Below the pieces are notes generated by a model that saw nothing but the letters and a program-made list of their open reading frames with translations, searched no databases and had not been told where the DNA came from. From Malacoraja senta (Eukaryota), in the NCBI GenBank assembly GCA_038087875.1, contig CM075977.1:131564001-131628000 (forward strand): 64,000 nucleotides of DNA, written 5' to 3'. The position numbers and the translations under genes were made by a program. This document shows, piece after piece, positions 51,262 to 64,000 of the stretch. Numbering within the stretch: the stretch's first letter is position 1; the number at the start of each line of letters is the position of its first letter.

Positions 51262-51989
51262 TGTTCTTTGACTACTTCTGCCACAGTGAACTTTACCTGA
51301 AATATGAAGCAGTCAATTTCAATTGAGCTGAGAGCACTGGCAGCAGTTAAAAGTCACACAATGCTTCCAATTTTAACAGCATTTTAATATCAACAATGTA
51401 GGAGGAAGAAGAAAGCGAAGACAGTATAGTGCTTCTCTGCGGCATGAATAATTACAGTGCAAGTGATGTTAATTGGAGTATTGCTTCCCTTTGAGCAGGT
51501 CACAAGCTAGGATTTTACATCTGAATCTTTATGAAATGTAATTCATGGTGGAAGAGAAATGGAACAAATGAAGGTTTCACACCTGACCTACAACAACCTC
51601 ATTCAACAGCGGAAATTACAATGATGAGTTTCATGCTGAAGCGATGCTTGTGAGCCCAGTGCCAAATGACTATTGCTTGGATCAGCTTCTTCCATGAGCA
51701 TACTTGCACCTGTCTAAGATGGATGCATTAACCAGTCCGTGACTGGGTTTCTGTAATTGGTTTCTTGAAGCTACTTTCTCTCATGAAAGTACATTCAATA
51801 GTCGTTTTGGTCAAAGCTTAATATATACAGTACAAATGTTACACAAATGGAGCTGGCAGGAAAAGGGCTCAGGCTATTTCAACTCAAGGAGCTCATTTAA
51901 ATTCATTAGACCTGACTGCAGCACACACTTAGAGTTGATGAAATCAGACCAGCAGCGGGATTTGAATCTTCGCAGAAAGAGATCGGGAT

Positions 51990-53320
51990 TTGATCCCGAG
52001 GCTGAGTGGGTTAACACATGATGAGCATTTGACGGCACTGGGCCTGTACTCGCTGGAGTTTAGAAGGATGACGTGGGACCTAATTGAAACCTACCGAATA
52101 GTGAAAGGCCTGCATCGAGTGATGTGGAGAGGGTGTTTCCACTAGTTGGAGCATCTCGGACCAGAGGGCACAGCCCCAGAATAAAAGGACGCACCTTTAG
52201 AAAGGAGACGAGGAAGAATTTCTTGAATCAGAGAGTGATGAATCTGTGACATTCATTATCACAGACTGCTGATTTTGATTAATAAGTTTATTTGAGTATA
52301 ATAGTCAAGAAGTCAAGTTGCAATGTTATAAAATGTTGGGAAGACTGCATCTGGGGTATTGTGTGCAGTTTTGGTTGTCTCATCCCAGGAACGATGTGAA
52401 GACTTTGGAGATGGTGCAGGAGAGGTTTATCAGAATGCTGTCTGGATCAGAGTATATTGAAGAGAAGGGAATGTTGGAACATTTTGATTTTCTTTCTCTG
52501 GAGCATTAGAGGTTGAGGGGAGATCTGATAGAAGAATATAACATTATGAGAGGCATAGGTATGTTAGACAATCATAATATTTTTCCCAGGGTGGAAAGTT
52601 TAAAGAATAGTAGGCATTGATTTAAGGTCAGAGGGTTGAAGATTTTACACAGGAAATGGTGGATGCCTGGAACCGCTGTCATGAGTGATGGTGGAAGCAG
52701 ATACAATATTGCTGTTTAAGAGACTTTCAGATAGACACAAATCACACATCCTACCATTGACTCCATCTATACCGCATGCTGCCTCAGAAAAGCAGACAAC
52801 ATAAACATAAACATAAACAAAACAAACAAAGAGTTGTCTCACCCCAGTCATCCCTTCTGCTCCCCGCTCCGTCCAGCAGAAGGTTCAAAAGCTTGAAGGT
52901 GCATACCACCAGACTCAGAGACAGCTTGTTCCCGTCTGTTATCAGGCTTCTGAACAGTCCTTCCATAATCCTAGAGACTGTCTGATTCACCTCTACCCCA
53001 CTGTGGACACAGGACCTTGTCTATGGAACTGATGCTGCACTACATTACTGTAAATTATATATTGCACACCGCATCTTCCCCTTTACTCTATTGTACTTGA
53101 GTTTGACGATTGTATTTATGTATGTTTGGATAGCATGCAAAACAAAGCTTTTCACTGTACTTTGGTAGATATGACAATAATAATCCTAACCCTAAACCTA
53201 AAGATGAATATGCAGGGAATGGGGAGGGATGTGGATCACATGCAGGCAGAAGTTGGGCATGACACTTGACACAGACGTTGTGGGCCGAAGGGCCTGCGTT
53301 GTACTCTTCTCTGACATCAC
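51990..53320 (+). mobile_element. Stacked CR1 fragments with a Rex1-like insertion (about 52740-53200)
   Basis: LGRLHLGYCVQFW...VQERFIRML; RRFKSLKVHTTRLRDSLFPSVIRLLN. Confidence 0.7.
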
Positions 53321-54635
53321 TTAGCACTCAAAATTAGTGAGTTTCAGATAGATCAACATGTATTTTTCATCAAGCTGATAATTTCCCAGCAGCATTTGAA
53401 TTTTGTCTCAGTCCATAGGAAAGAGTCTTGTGTAAGTCAAATATTTGTGTACAAACGATTAAAGGAGTCCTTCTTTTAGCCAGCCAACCAACATTCTGAA
53501 GAAAGGTCCAGATCCAAATTGTGTCTGTCCATTTCCCTCCACAGATGCTGCCTGACCCATTGAGTTCCTCCAGCACTATGTTTCTTTTTACTCTAGATTC
53601 CAACATCTGCTGGCTCTTGGGCCCTCATCCAAAGTTGGTGTTTACTTGAAAGTTCTGTTGATGAGGTATTCTGCCAAGTGAGTTTTTAACATTCTCTCCG
53701 CTGAACAGTCCAACAGTATCTAACATGTCCTTTTATTTACCCACAATCTTTATATAAAGGGGTCGTCTTTGCAAGTAACCTATTCGCTGCCTAATGAATG
53801 TTCTTGCAACCTCCCTTCATTCACAATGGTAATTATACATTTACAGTCCTTTATCATCAAATCCCAAATCAGAAGAAATATGTTTTTCGTTTTCTCTTTA
53901 CTCAGCAGAACCACTCATAATTTCTGGCAGATGGTTTCTGTGTAAATTAAAATTCCTTCTGGAAATAAACTCCTGCCTCTCTCTGTATTGTTCCATACTA
54001 TAATGTGCAATGGGCCATCACACATTAGTAAATCTTAACCACTGCAACTAAATCCTTTGTTGGCACATTACATAGTTAAACATGCAACATTAAGGATCTT
54101 TGAACTCTTTCATCAGCTTTTCTGCATCACTTTTGAATGTCATTTCTGAACAGTGGGATTCGTATGTTCATTTTACCACAGCTAATTGAATGAAAATTTA
54201 CAATATGAAGTTTAATCAATTCCTATCCAGGCTGCAGTAGTGATGGAATTCACTAATAATAAATCTGAGATTATAAAATAGAAGAGAAAGGACGAAACAA
54301 AGAAAGAACAAAGATCAATAACCTATTTCTAATCAGTTTATGATGGTGCACTTAGCACAAACCGAATCATAACGCATACAGTTCGACTGTACAGTTTGCC
54401 ACAGGGAGTTGTTGAGTCAGTGCAGTTTCAGACTTTAATGCTCTGCATGTCAGAACAAAGAAGCCACTTGCTCGATTTTATCTAATGGATCCCTATTATG
54501 TCACTTAAGAAATCGTCCAATTTTCTTACCATTAATTTTATCTTCCATTAACTTTTGCTATCAGTGTGCAGTCCTCCTGCAGGGTTTTCCTTTTTCTACT
54601 CAGCCAGGCAATGTTCAGCATTCTCAAAGTGATAG

Positions 54636-55040
54636 TAGAATTAGGCCATTTGGCCCATTAATCTACTCTGACATTCAATCATGACTGATATCTATCTCTC
54701 CCTCCCAACCCCATCCTCATGCCTTCTCCTCATAACCTCTGGCACCCATACTAATCAATAATCTGTGTATCTCTGTCTTAAGATGTTTTCAAGACAGTTA
54801 GATGTAGCTCTTAGGGCTAACGGAATCAAGGGATATGGGGAGAAAGCGGGAACGGGGTACTGATTTTGGATGATCAGCCATGATCATATTGAATGGTGGT
54901 GCTGGCTCCAAGGGCCGAATGCCCTACTCCTGCACCTATATTCTATGTTTCTCTGTTTCTATGTAAATATATCCACTGACTCCACAGCTTTCTGTGGCAA
55001 AGAATTCCACAGATTCACCACCCTCTGACTAAAGAACTCA
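54636..55040. mobile_element. Minus-strand CR1 3' tail with a plus-strand CR1 3' tail (about 54780-54965) inserted in it
   Basis: TAGGCCATTTGGCCC... on one side and ...GGGCCGAATGCCCTACTCCTGCACC on the other. Confidence 0.7.
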
Positions 55041-55364
55041 CAGTAACACTTTGCAATTAATACCTGCAGAATCTGCCAGTTTTTTTTTAAAGCATTTAAC
55101 GACAAGCCAAATAGACGATTAGGAATAATGTTTATTCAGAATAATAAATAATATCTCTAAAGTAGGCAGACGTGAGGGAAATGTATTCCTTTGGATTGTT
55201 GTTAGTGGGTGGGTGGAAGGGAGGAGGGTAGTGGAGGATGGGTCATTGGGGAGCAGATTTTGCCTTTCACATAAAATAATTCTAACAATTCCAGCAAAAA
55301 AGAATGTTAGGAGGCCGAAAACACTAGTCTGATTATACTTGCACATTCTCATCCTCCCCCGCAC

Positions 55365-55426
55365 GTCCAGGAGGCTTTTTTCTCCTTGTTAGTCATTTTG
55401 TCCAGATTCACTTCCTGTTTTTTCAT
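55365..55426 (-). CDS. Candidate 62-nt coding exon, unidentified gene (MKKQEVNLDKMTNKEKKASW)
   Basis: AATTTAG acceptor, AC|GTGCGG donor, only one frame open; weak splice signals. Confidence 0.3.
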
Positions 55427-55547
55427 CTAAATTCTCAGAAATATAAACAGTACTTCCACTTCACTTGAACCAATCTAGTGCATGGCATCCAGTGCTCACA
55501 ATATGGTATCCACATTAATAAACCAAACTCAGATTGCTTGACTGCTT

Positions 55548-56598
55548 TATAATAATAATAATAATAATGAATTTTATTTATGGGCGCCTTAAGGTCTCAA
55601 GGACACCTTACAGAGATTTATGGTTAACATATAATCAGAATAATCAGAATAAAAAAATAAGTTATAAAGGCCAATACACAAATCAGGGAAAGAATTCCTT
55701 CCAAAAACACAAAAAAGAAAATCAGAAACACAATTTGAGGAGAGAGCAGCGGCAGCGAAACCGCGCCAGCGTCCACTCTCCCCTCCGACTGCCATCTTGA
55801 ACACAGACTAACAAATACAATTACAAACAATTACAAACAAAAATCATCCCCCCACAATGATTTCCACTGTGGGGGAAGGCACAATGTCCAGTCCCCAGCC
55901 CCAGTTCAGCCAAGAAATCAGGCCAAATGAGGCCCCCGCTATTGCCTCTACGGAGGCCCGATGATCCTGGCCGTTCTCGCCGGGTGATGTAGCCCCGGCG
56001 TCGGGAGAGTCCTCCAGCAGCTGGGCCACCTGGAACGGCCGCATTCCTCACCGGAGGCCGCAACTACGGCTGGAACGGCAGATTTCCCGCAGGCGTCCGC
56101 AGCACCTGAAGCCGACAAGGCCACGCCGATTTGGAGCCACAAGGCTCCCGATGTTGGAGTCGGCGCCGCCGCCCGCGGATGGTCGCTCCACAGTCCCGCA
56201 GCCCGGAGGTGTTGAGCTCGGCGGTCCAGCTCACCGGAGCTCCAGCGCGTCGGTCCAGCGCGGCGACCCAGGCAAGGCATCGCCCGCTCCGCTGCACAAT
56301 AGCTATCCAGCGCCATGCCGCCACCGAGGCTGAGGGTGCTGGGTGGCCCCCGTCGGGAAACGCCGCTCCACGCCGCTCCACGCCCGCTGGTAGGCCGCAA
56401 GGACGGGTCGACTGGGCAGCCGGAGAGAAGGCTGCCTCACCGACTAGGTAGGAACCAGGAAGTGGTTTCCCCTTGATTCCCCCCACATCGAAATGCAAAA
56501 TAAAGAAAAACAGAGACTTAAATAAAAACTAAAAACTAGAAAAATAAGTACAATTAACGCACGGCTGCTGTTTGGCAGCCGTTCCTCAAGATGGAGCA
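55548..56598 (-). mobile_element. GC-rich non-autonomous retroposon with L2-like tail and (ATT)n
   Basis: Minus strand ends TGTAAGGTGTCCTTGAGACCTTAAGGCGCCCATAATAAA...(ATT)n; CAAGATGGCAGTCGGAGGGGAGAGTG block has a counterpart at 37655-37683. Confidence 0.6.
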
Positions 56599-56774
56599 CC
56601 TACATTCAGTCATCAGGAGCCACCATGAGTTTACAACTTCCTGGCACTTTAGATTTTCATCCCACTGGCCTATCTATCCATGACTTTGTCCAAGTCTGAT
56701 ATGAGTTTTAGGAAGAATACCTCAACTTCTGTCTGGACAAATTGCAGGCTTATGGACTCAGTCAAATTCTATAA

Positions 56775-57940
56775 CTTAGAGTCATAGAGTGATACAGTGT
56801 GGAAACAGGCCCTTCAGCCCAACTTGCTCACACCGGTCAACATGCCCCAGCTGCACTAGTCCCACTTGCCTGCGCATGGTCCATACCCTCCAAACCTGTC
56901 CTATCCATGTACCTGGCTAACTGTTTCTTAAACGTTGGGACAGTCCTAGCCTCAACTACCTCATATGGCAGCTTGTTCTATACACCCACCACCCTTTGTG
57001 TGAAAAAGTTACCCCTCAGATTCCTGTTAAATCTTTTCCCCTTCACCTTGAACCTATGTCCTCTGGTCCTCAATTCCCCTACTCTGGGCAAGAGATTCTG
57101 TGCATCTAACCAATCTATTCCTCTCATGATTTTGTACACCTCTATAAGATTAAGTAACTTCAAGTAACTCATTATCTGTCAGTTTAGAACTAGCTATTTA
57201 AAATCTTAGTCATAAGGCGCAGGAACAGTCCAACAAGTCCATGCCGCCCAAGTGCCCATCTAAGCTAGTTCCATATGCCTGCTTTTGTCCCTTACCCATG
57301 TAAACCTTTCCTATCCAAGGTTCTATCCAGATGTATTTTCAATTTATTAATGTACCTGCCTCAACCATTCCCTCTGGCAGCATGGTCCATATACTAACCA
57401 CCCTAAAAGGGAAAGGTTGCCCCTCAGCTTCCTATTTCGATTTACCCCACTCACCTTAAACCTATGCCCTCTAGTTCTTGATTCTCTAAACCTGGGGGGG
57501 GGGGGAAACTGTGTGCATTCACCAGTCTATGCCCCTCGAGATCTTATACACCTCTATAAGATCACCCCTTAGTCTGTTATGCTCCAAGATATCAAGTCCT
57601 ACCTGTCCCAACGTCTCCCTGTAGCTCAGTCACTGGAATCCTTGCAACATCTTTGTATATCTTTCTGCACTCTTTCTAGCTTAATGAAATCTTTCTTATA
57701 GCAGAGTGACTCAAACTAAACATAATACTCCAAGTGCAGCCTCATCAATGTATTGTACAACTACACTATTACCTCTCAACTGTACTCCATGTCAGCATGC
57801 CAAAATCTGTAACATCACTTTCAGGGAATTATGTATTTGTACTCCTAGGACCCTCTGTTCTACAACTACTTCTCAGGGTCCAACCATTCACTGTGAAAGT
57901 GCTATTCTAGTTTGATTTCACAAAATACCTCACATTTACT
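56775..57940 (-). mobile_element. Two tandem CR1 3' fragments
   Basis: LIEVYKIMRGID...TRGHRFKVKGKRFNRNLRGNFFTQRVVGV. Confidence 0.8.
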
Positions 57941-58179
57941 TGAATTATCTGAATATTATGTCTGCTATAAGTCATCACATTTGGTTTTTTCTCTCCATTT
58001 CCACAGCCTGATCTACTATGCATGTCTTACAGCCCTGAACATTGGACTTTTTTAGCTTCTCTATTCATTTTCCCATTCTATATTTGTCCCAATAAAACCA
58101 TCAATTGGATGACCTCGACAACTTATCCCCATGGCAATCCTGACCTCACCTTTTTTTACAAATGTTCCCTTTATCCTAG

Positions 58180-59470
58180 GGATATGGGGAGAAGGCAAGA
58201 ATGGGGTACTGATTGTGGATGATCAGCCATGATCACATTGAATGGCGATGCTGGCTCAAGGGACTGAATGTCCTACTCCTGCACCTGTTGTCTATTATCT
58301 ATTCATCCCTTCCTCACAGTGCTATTCTGGAGCATGTTAATATTTTTTTAAAAAGACGATGCATTAGATGTCCTAACAGGCATGAAGAAGAATAAATCCC
58401 CAGGGCCTCATGAAATGTATCCTTGCCTGCTATGGGAGGCAGTGGCCCTGACAGAGATTTTAAAATCACTAACCATAGGAGAGAAGCTAGATGACTGGAA
58501 GGCAACTAATGTGGTACATTTATTCAAGAAGCACGGCAGAAAAACAGCCAGCTAATTACAGCCCTGTACTGGGGACATTATTGAAAAAAATTCTGAGGGA
58601 CAGGATTAATGATCGCATGGAAAGCCCAGGATAGATCAGGCATTATCAGTACAACTTTGTTGGAGGACAAGCATCTAATTTGCTTGAATGTTTTGGATAA
58701 GAAACAAAACATACTTCTGTGCGTTGATGAAGTCTATGTGGACTTCATTAATGCCTTTGACAAGATCCCACATTGTAGCACATGAAATCCTGAGCAAGTT
58801 GCAAATTGGATCCAAAATTGGGAATTGGGATAGAGGATGATGTTTGAGAGTTGCTTTTGTAATTAGAAGCCGATGACTAATGATATAACAAAGGGCTCAA
58901 TACTGGGATCTTTATTGTTTGTTATATGCATTAACAACTTGGGAAGTATGATCATTAAATTTCAAGAGATTCAAGAGAATTAATTGTTAACAGAATAATG
59001 AAATTCTTACTTGCAGCAACTTAACAGGTCCATAAATGTTATACACATAAATAAATATAGATCAACCAAAAAAAGCAATAAATTAAAATGCATAGTGCAA
59101 AATAAACCAAAGCAGTAGTGCAACCAAAGGTACAGTCCATAGAATTTCAAGCTCAATGAAAACAGGAGGACATAGATTTAGTGTAAGTGGTAAGAGGTTT
59201 AAAATGGATTGTAAAAGCCTTTTCATCCAGAGGCAGGTTGGATCCTGAAACACATGGCCTGAATGAGTGGTAGAAGCAAGTTCTCTCCTCATATTTAGGA
59301 TGTAAAAAATAGGATATGAATATTATCCAGGGGAGCAATTAGATCACCAACACGTCAACATTTACAAACCAAGTGTTGGTAAATGGGATGAGTATAGATT
59401 TAACCATGGATATGGGCACGGTGGGCCAAGGCACCTGTTTCTGTGCTGTATGGCTCGATGACTCCTATAA
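58180..59470 (+). mobile_element. Old CR1 fragments
   Basis: Decayed DWKATNVVHLFKK, VYVDFINAFDKIPH and QGLNTG/LLF motifs; tail-like ends. Confidence 0.6.
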
Positions 59471-60094
59471 TATTTCTATATTCCTCTACAGGCTTTCCGC
59501 CTCCTCCTCACAACTTGTGAACCTACCTATTTTATTCAGCAAAGCCACAATACCTTGGTCTCCTCAAATAAATCATCATTTTAGATTGCCCCAAAATTAA
59601 TCCTATCTCAGTATGAACACTATGGGCCACCACTTGCACTACCATGGATTTTAAATACTGTTGCACCGAAGGGTCATTGATTGCCAATCTGAAAATATGA
59701 ATTCATCCTGAATCCCTGATTATATAGTAATTAGCCATTTCTCATTCATACTAGTATAATGCCAACAATCCTTTGCATTCATTTCACATGCAATTACCGT
59801 ACTGACTCCCATCTGAACATTTGTACAAACATCTATTTTTCTTCTTTGTGTAGGGAGGAACAGCAGATGCTGGTTTAAACTGAAGACAGAGAAAAACAAA
59901 TGCTGGAGTAACTCAGGGGGTCGGGCAGCATCTCGAGAAAAGGAATAGGTGACTTTTTTTAAACCGAAGAGACACAAAAAACTGGAGTTATTCCTTTTCC
60001 TTTTCAGCAGCAATACTGCATCACCCACTGAGTTAATCCAGCTTTTTGTGTCTATCTATACTTCTGCTTTACCTAGCCTGCTGAGTCTGCCTTT

Positions 60095-60510
60095 AGAATC
60101 ATAGTTATAGTCATAGAGTGATTCAGTAAGGAAACAGGCTCTTCGGCCCAACTTGCCCACACCAGCCAACATATCCCAGCTACACTAGTCCTACCTGCTG
60201 AAGTTTGGTCCACATTCCTCCAAACTGTCCTATCCATGTACCTGACTAGCTGTTTATTAAATGTTGGGATAGTCCCTGCCTCAACTACCCCCTCTGGCAG
60301 CTTGTTCCATACACCCACCACCATTAGCGTGAAAAAGTTACGCCTCAGATTCCTATTAAATCCTTTTCCTTTCACCTTAAGCCTATTTCCTCTGATTCCT
60401 GATTCACCTACTCTGGGCAAGAGACTCTGTGCTTCTACCCAATCTATTCCTCTCATGATTTTATACACCTTTATAAGATCACTCCTCTTCCTCCTGCGCT
60501 TCAAGGAATA
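60095..60510 (-). mobile_element. CR1 3' fragment
   Basis: ORF 60073-60504 RSDLIKVYKIMRGID...VVGVWNKLPEGVVEAG; near copy of 56775-57150. Confidence 0.85.
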
Positions 60511-60743
60511 AACTATATTTTGTGACTTAGTATTTAAGCTGTGCTCTTCCTGGGTCTACCGGAAATTTGTCTTAATGTCTTCATAGTAATATTAGAGCCA
60601 CTGCCTCCGCAATTAGCTGGTGAAGTTAACAGAAATGGTCTGGTATGTTGCTTAAAAGACAATTGTGATGATTAGATGAGTTTTTGAAATCAGTAAAGGA
60701 TTCAAAGAAATTGATACCAATTACTATTTTTACAGTTATATAG

Positions 60744-61784
60744 TAGGTATGTTACAATACTTACCTTCAGTCGCGCTGTAATTCTGTCACTGGCCGTGTG
60801 CGCGATTTTGGCGCCTTTAAGGGGGGGCGGGCTTAAAACGCGGGTTTCTCCTACCTTGTCCTGTATTATATTTCGTTGGAGTACAAGCGTTTGCTGAAAA
60901 ATCGTTCCTAGGGGCGTTTTGTGAATTTTTTATTTTTATTAAATCGTCAATGTCAGCGCTGGAGTCATTTTAAAATCAGCTCCTAAAGCCGTCAACGCCG
61001 ATAACGGGGACGGATTTCACGTACGGGACAGGTAAACGAAAGTGGTTTATTTTAATGTATAAAAGTGCTTCTTAATAAGCCTTTAATTCACATTTTTTCT
61101 TGCGAAACGGTGATTTTATTCCCCGAACTAATGGCAGCATTTTTCATGCCAATACGGGGTTAAATTCACCGCAAATGAACATTCCAATTGATCGCGTTCC
61201 AGAAATCCTCACTCACAAGATGATTTAAATGCCCATTAATTTACAGGTATTAAACATTCAATTCCTTCCATTTGGCCTGTAAATTCATGACAATGAGATT
61301 TAAAAATTATGTTATATTGTGAATTCTTGTGTGAATGTTATTTGGACACTTAGGCTATTAAAAAAATGTTAATCTATTCTTAAGAAATTGATAGATGTTT
61401 AGATCTTGTAATTGAATTTTGTAATTAGCTACAATTAGGTAACTAACTAATTATATGCTTTAATTTCATGTCTTCTAAGTAAGATTGTTTCATATTTGTT
61501 TCAGAATGCTTCAATCTATAATAACTGAAAATTTATTTCAGTTCTCTTAATTTTTAAGACAGTTATGGGCTTTTAACTGTCCTCGATCACAGCTTTTGTG
61601 TTAAGTCAATGGAAAGCAATAGGGAACAAGATGCTAATTTCCGAGTATGAAAATGGCCATAACTTTTTTAATACTGAAGATATGAAAGTGAATTAGGTGT
61701 CAAATTAAACTTTTTTTTTGCTTTATCTGATGGGATAAATTGCAGACTTTATTTTTAAAATCTCAAAATTTTGTAACATTGCTA
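60744..61784. mobile_element. Putative non-autonomous DNA transposon with TAG...CTA termini (Academ-like?)
   Basis: TAGGTATGTTACAA vs right-end reverse complement TAGCAATGTTACAA (12/14); CpG-retaining interior; flanks TAG/TAT. Confidence 0.5.
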
Positions 61785-64000
61785 TATATAGCAGCATCAG
61801 TGTATCATTCTAGGTCACTTTGTAGTTAGCATTGGTGAAAATTGAATTTGAGAGCTATTATCAAGAATGGCACAATGGTGCAGTGGTACAGTTGCTGCTC
61901 TACAGCGCCAGAGACCAGGGTTTGATTCTGACTACGGGTGCTGTCTATATGGAGTTTGTACATTCTCCCTGTGACCGCATGGGCTTTCTATGGGTGCTCC
62001 GGCTTCCTCACACATTCTAAAGGTGTGCAGGTTTGTAGGTTAATTGGCTTCTATAGATTGTTGCTAATGTGTAGGATAGAATCAGTGTAAGAGTGATTGT
62101 TAGTCGGCGTGGATTCGGTGGGCCAAAGGGCCTGTTTCCACACTGTATCCCAAAAGACAAAAACTAAACATTAAAACAAATTATAGTAGTTAGGAAAGAA
62201 TGAGTAATTGTAGATATAGATCTCTTGGAGATAGATTCAGAAGGAATTACAGTGGGAAAATAAGAAAAGATAATAGTATTAGCCAAGTTTTTTTTATGGT
62301 AACAAGAATTATTTGCATTTATAGGGCTTCTTTAAAAGAGTTAGAAACCTCAAGCACATGAAAGAAAGTCATCAAACAAAAAATTGATAGATACACAAGG
62401 ACACACTAGTGTGAGGTTGCAGTTTGTAAGTTGCATCTTAAAGAAGAAGAGGTAGTTTACTGGAATTATTTAGGTAGTGAATTCAAGAGGCAAAGTCTTA
62501 AGAAGTTGAAAGCGCAGTTGTCAAAATTAAAAATTGAGATCACAAGAGGCCATAACTGAATGAGCACAGATATCTTTAAGGGATGTCAGGTTGGAAGACT
62601 TTTAGAAGAATTGGATTTTAAAAAGATGCAATTTTTAAGATGGGGCATTGCTCAACTAAGAGCTAATTGTAGATGAGTGAACACTGGTTGATTGGCAAAC
62701 ATGTTAGCAGGGTAGCAGAAGACCTTATGGAGAGAGTTAGACCGGGTGAAACTGATGCTGATAAATGCCTGCAGTTGTATTTGGAACTGCTGGTGTTTCT
62801 CAACAAGTTCTGGAATGGAGCTTGCAAAGGAAGCAAAAATCAACTCGTTACTTGAAGGAATTTTTTATGACCCAGTAATGAATATTGGATAAAGTCTTAA
62901 ATAGTTTAGAGACTGGAAGTTCCTGGAGACTGATGGATGTCACTGCTGTTTCATTGCCACATATATGGAGTCCAACACTGTGATTTCAAACAAAGTTGTC
63001 AATGTACAGCATCTAAATGAGCATTAGCTGGGGACCAAGGAAAAATCCTCGAGGAGCTGAGAGGTAACAGTGTAGAATGAGAAGAAGCTACCGCCGGCCA
63101 TTCACTGCATCTTTTTACATAAATCCTCCAAATACAGAATCCATGGATTTTGGCACAGGTGCACATTCATTTTGCTTCTAAAAATATATTGATATAATTT
63201 GAATTTCCAATTACATTTTGGAATATTGTATTTTAAATTATACCATAATATAGTAAGTATGGTATAGTTGCTTTATTGCAGTGATAAGCAAGTAATCACA
63301 GTCTCCTGGGGTTTAAGCAAGAACTGGTTTGTTGAAATCAGATGGGACAAAGGAACTGATATCAATGAATATAAATATATGGACCCAACTTAACAGCATG
63401 TTTCTAGTACAATTTGCTGTGGGTGTGGTATTCATGCAACATGGACTTTAATGAGGAAGGGACATTAGTGTACTAATGTGATAGTGTCAGGATTAAATAA
63501 GTTGAATATATAAAATAAATATTCCAAGGTAACCATGTTGTGGTGACATATTGCAGCTGTAGCAAGTATGTTAAGGGAATAAAAAGTGTGTTTACCCTTT
63601 GAGTAATACTGCTAATGGCATGTATTATTACTTACTTAGACATACAAGAACACTTAAGTAAAAACTTACAACTCATTTTCCAATGAACTTTAATTGTTGT
63701 AAAATGTCTGGCAGTGCACATGATAAATGGGAGATATCTATTCCTCCCCCTCTCACTGCAATTAAATCCACATACAATATGTCAAATTTCCCTCTCAGCC
63801 ATGAGCCAAAGCCATCAAATAATTTAATTCTTAACATATATTCACCATAAGAAACTTTGTGATTCATGCTATCAGGTATTTATGACTGTGTGGGGATAAA
63901 CATTTTGATTCAATGAATTGATCGAAATATTTTCTTCGAATCTTCGTGAAATAAATTTTCAAGTCTCGGTGACATGAGTCACAAATGCTAGGCAAAATGG

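Noticed and set aside
60757-60768. U1 snRNA 5' end (ATACTTACCT)
   Set aside because: Only 10 nt match; the rest of U1 is absent.

Overview
Repeat-dominated eukaryotic (vertebrate) genomic DNA, most likely a cartilaginous fish (skate/ray/shark), judged from HE1/V-SINE-like tRNA SINEs sharing tails with CR1/HER1-like LINEs. Most of the window is decayed or nested mobile DNA: Penelope-like elements (PLEs) with hammerhead-ribozyme-like motifs, CR1, L1 and Rex1/Babar LINEs, two Gypsy elements (one with Gmr1-type PR-IN order), a BEL/Pao 3' end, a structurally complete DIRS1 element, solo LTRs and five PIF/Harbinger-like TIR elements with TTA/TAA target duplications. The only clearly recognisable host-type coding sequence is an open short-pentraxin (CRP/SAP-like) exon at 21477-22093 (-). 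It lies inside a 2.74-kb Harbinger-like element (19803-22542) and is also bracketed by a 52-bp inverted repeat derived from a PLE terminus, making it a candidate immune-gene fragment captured by a transposon. Two small candidate exons of an unidentified minus-strand gene are noted at low confidence. All assignments come from motif reading by eye; no database search was run and many repeat boundaries are approximate.
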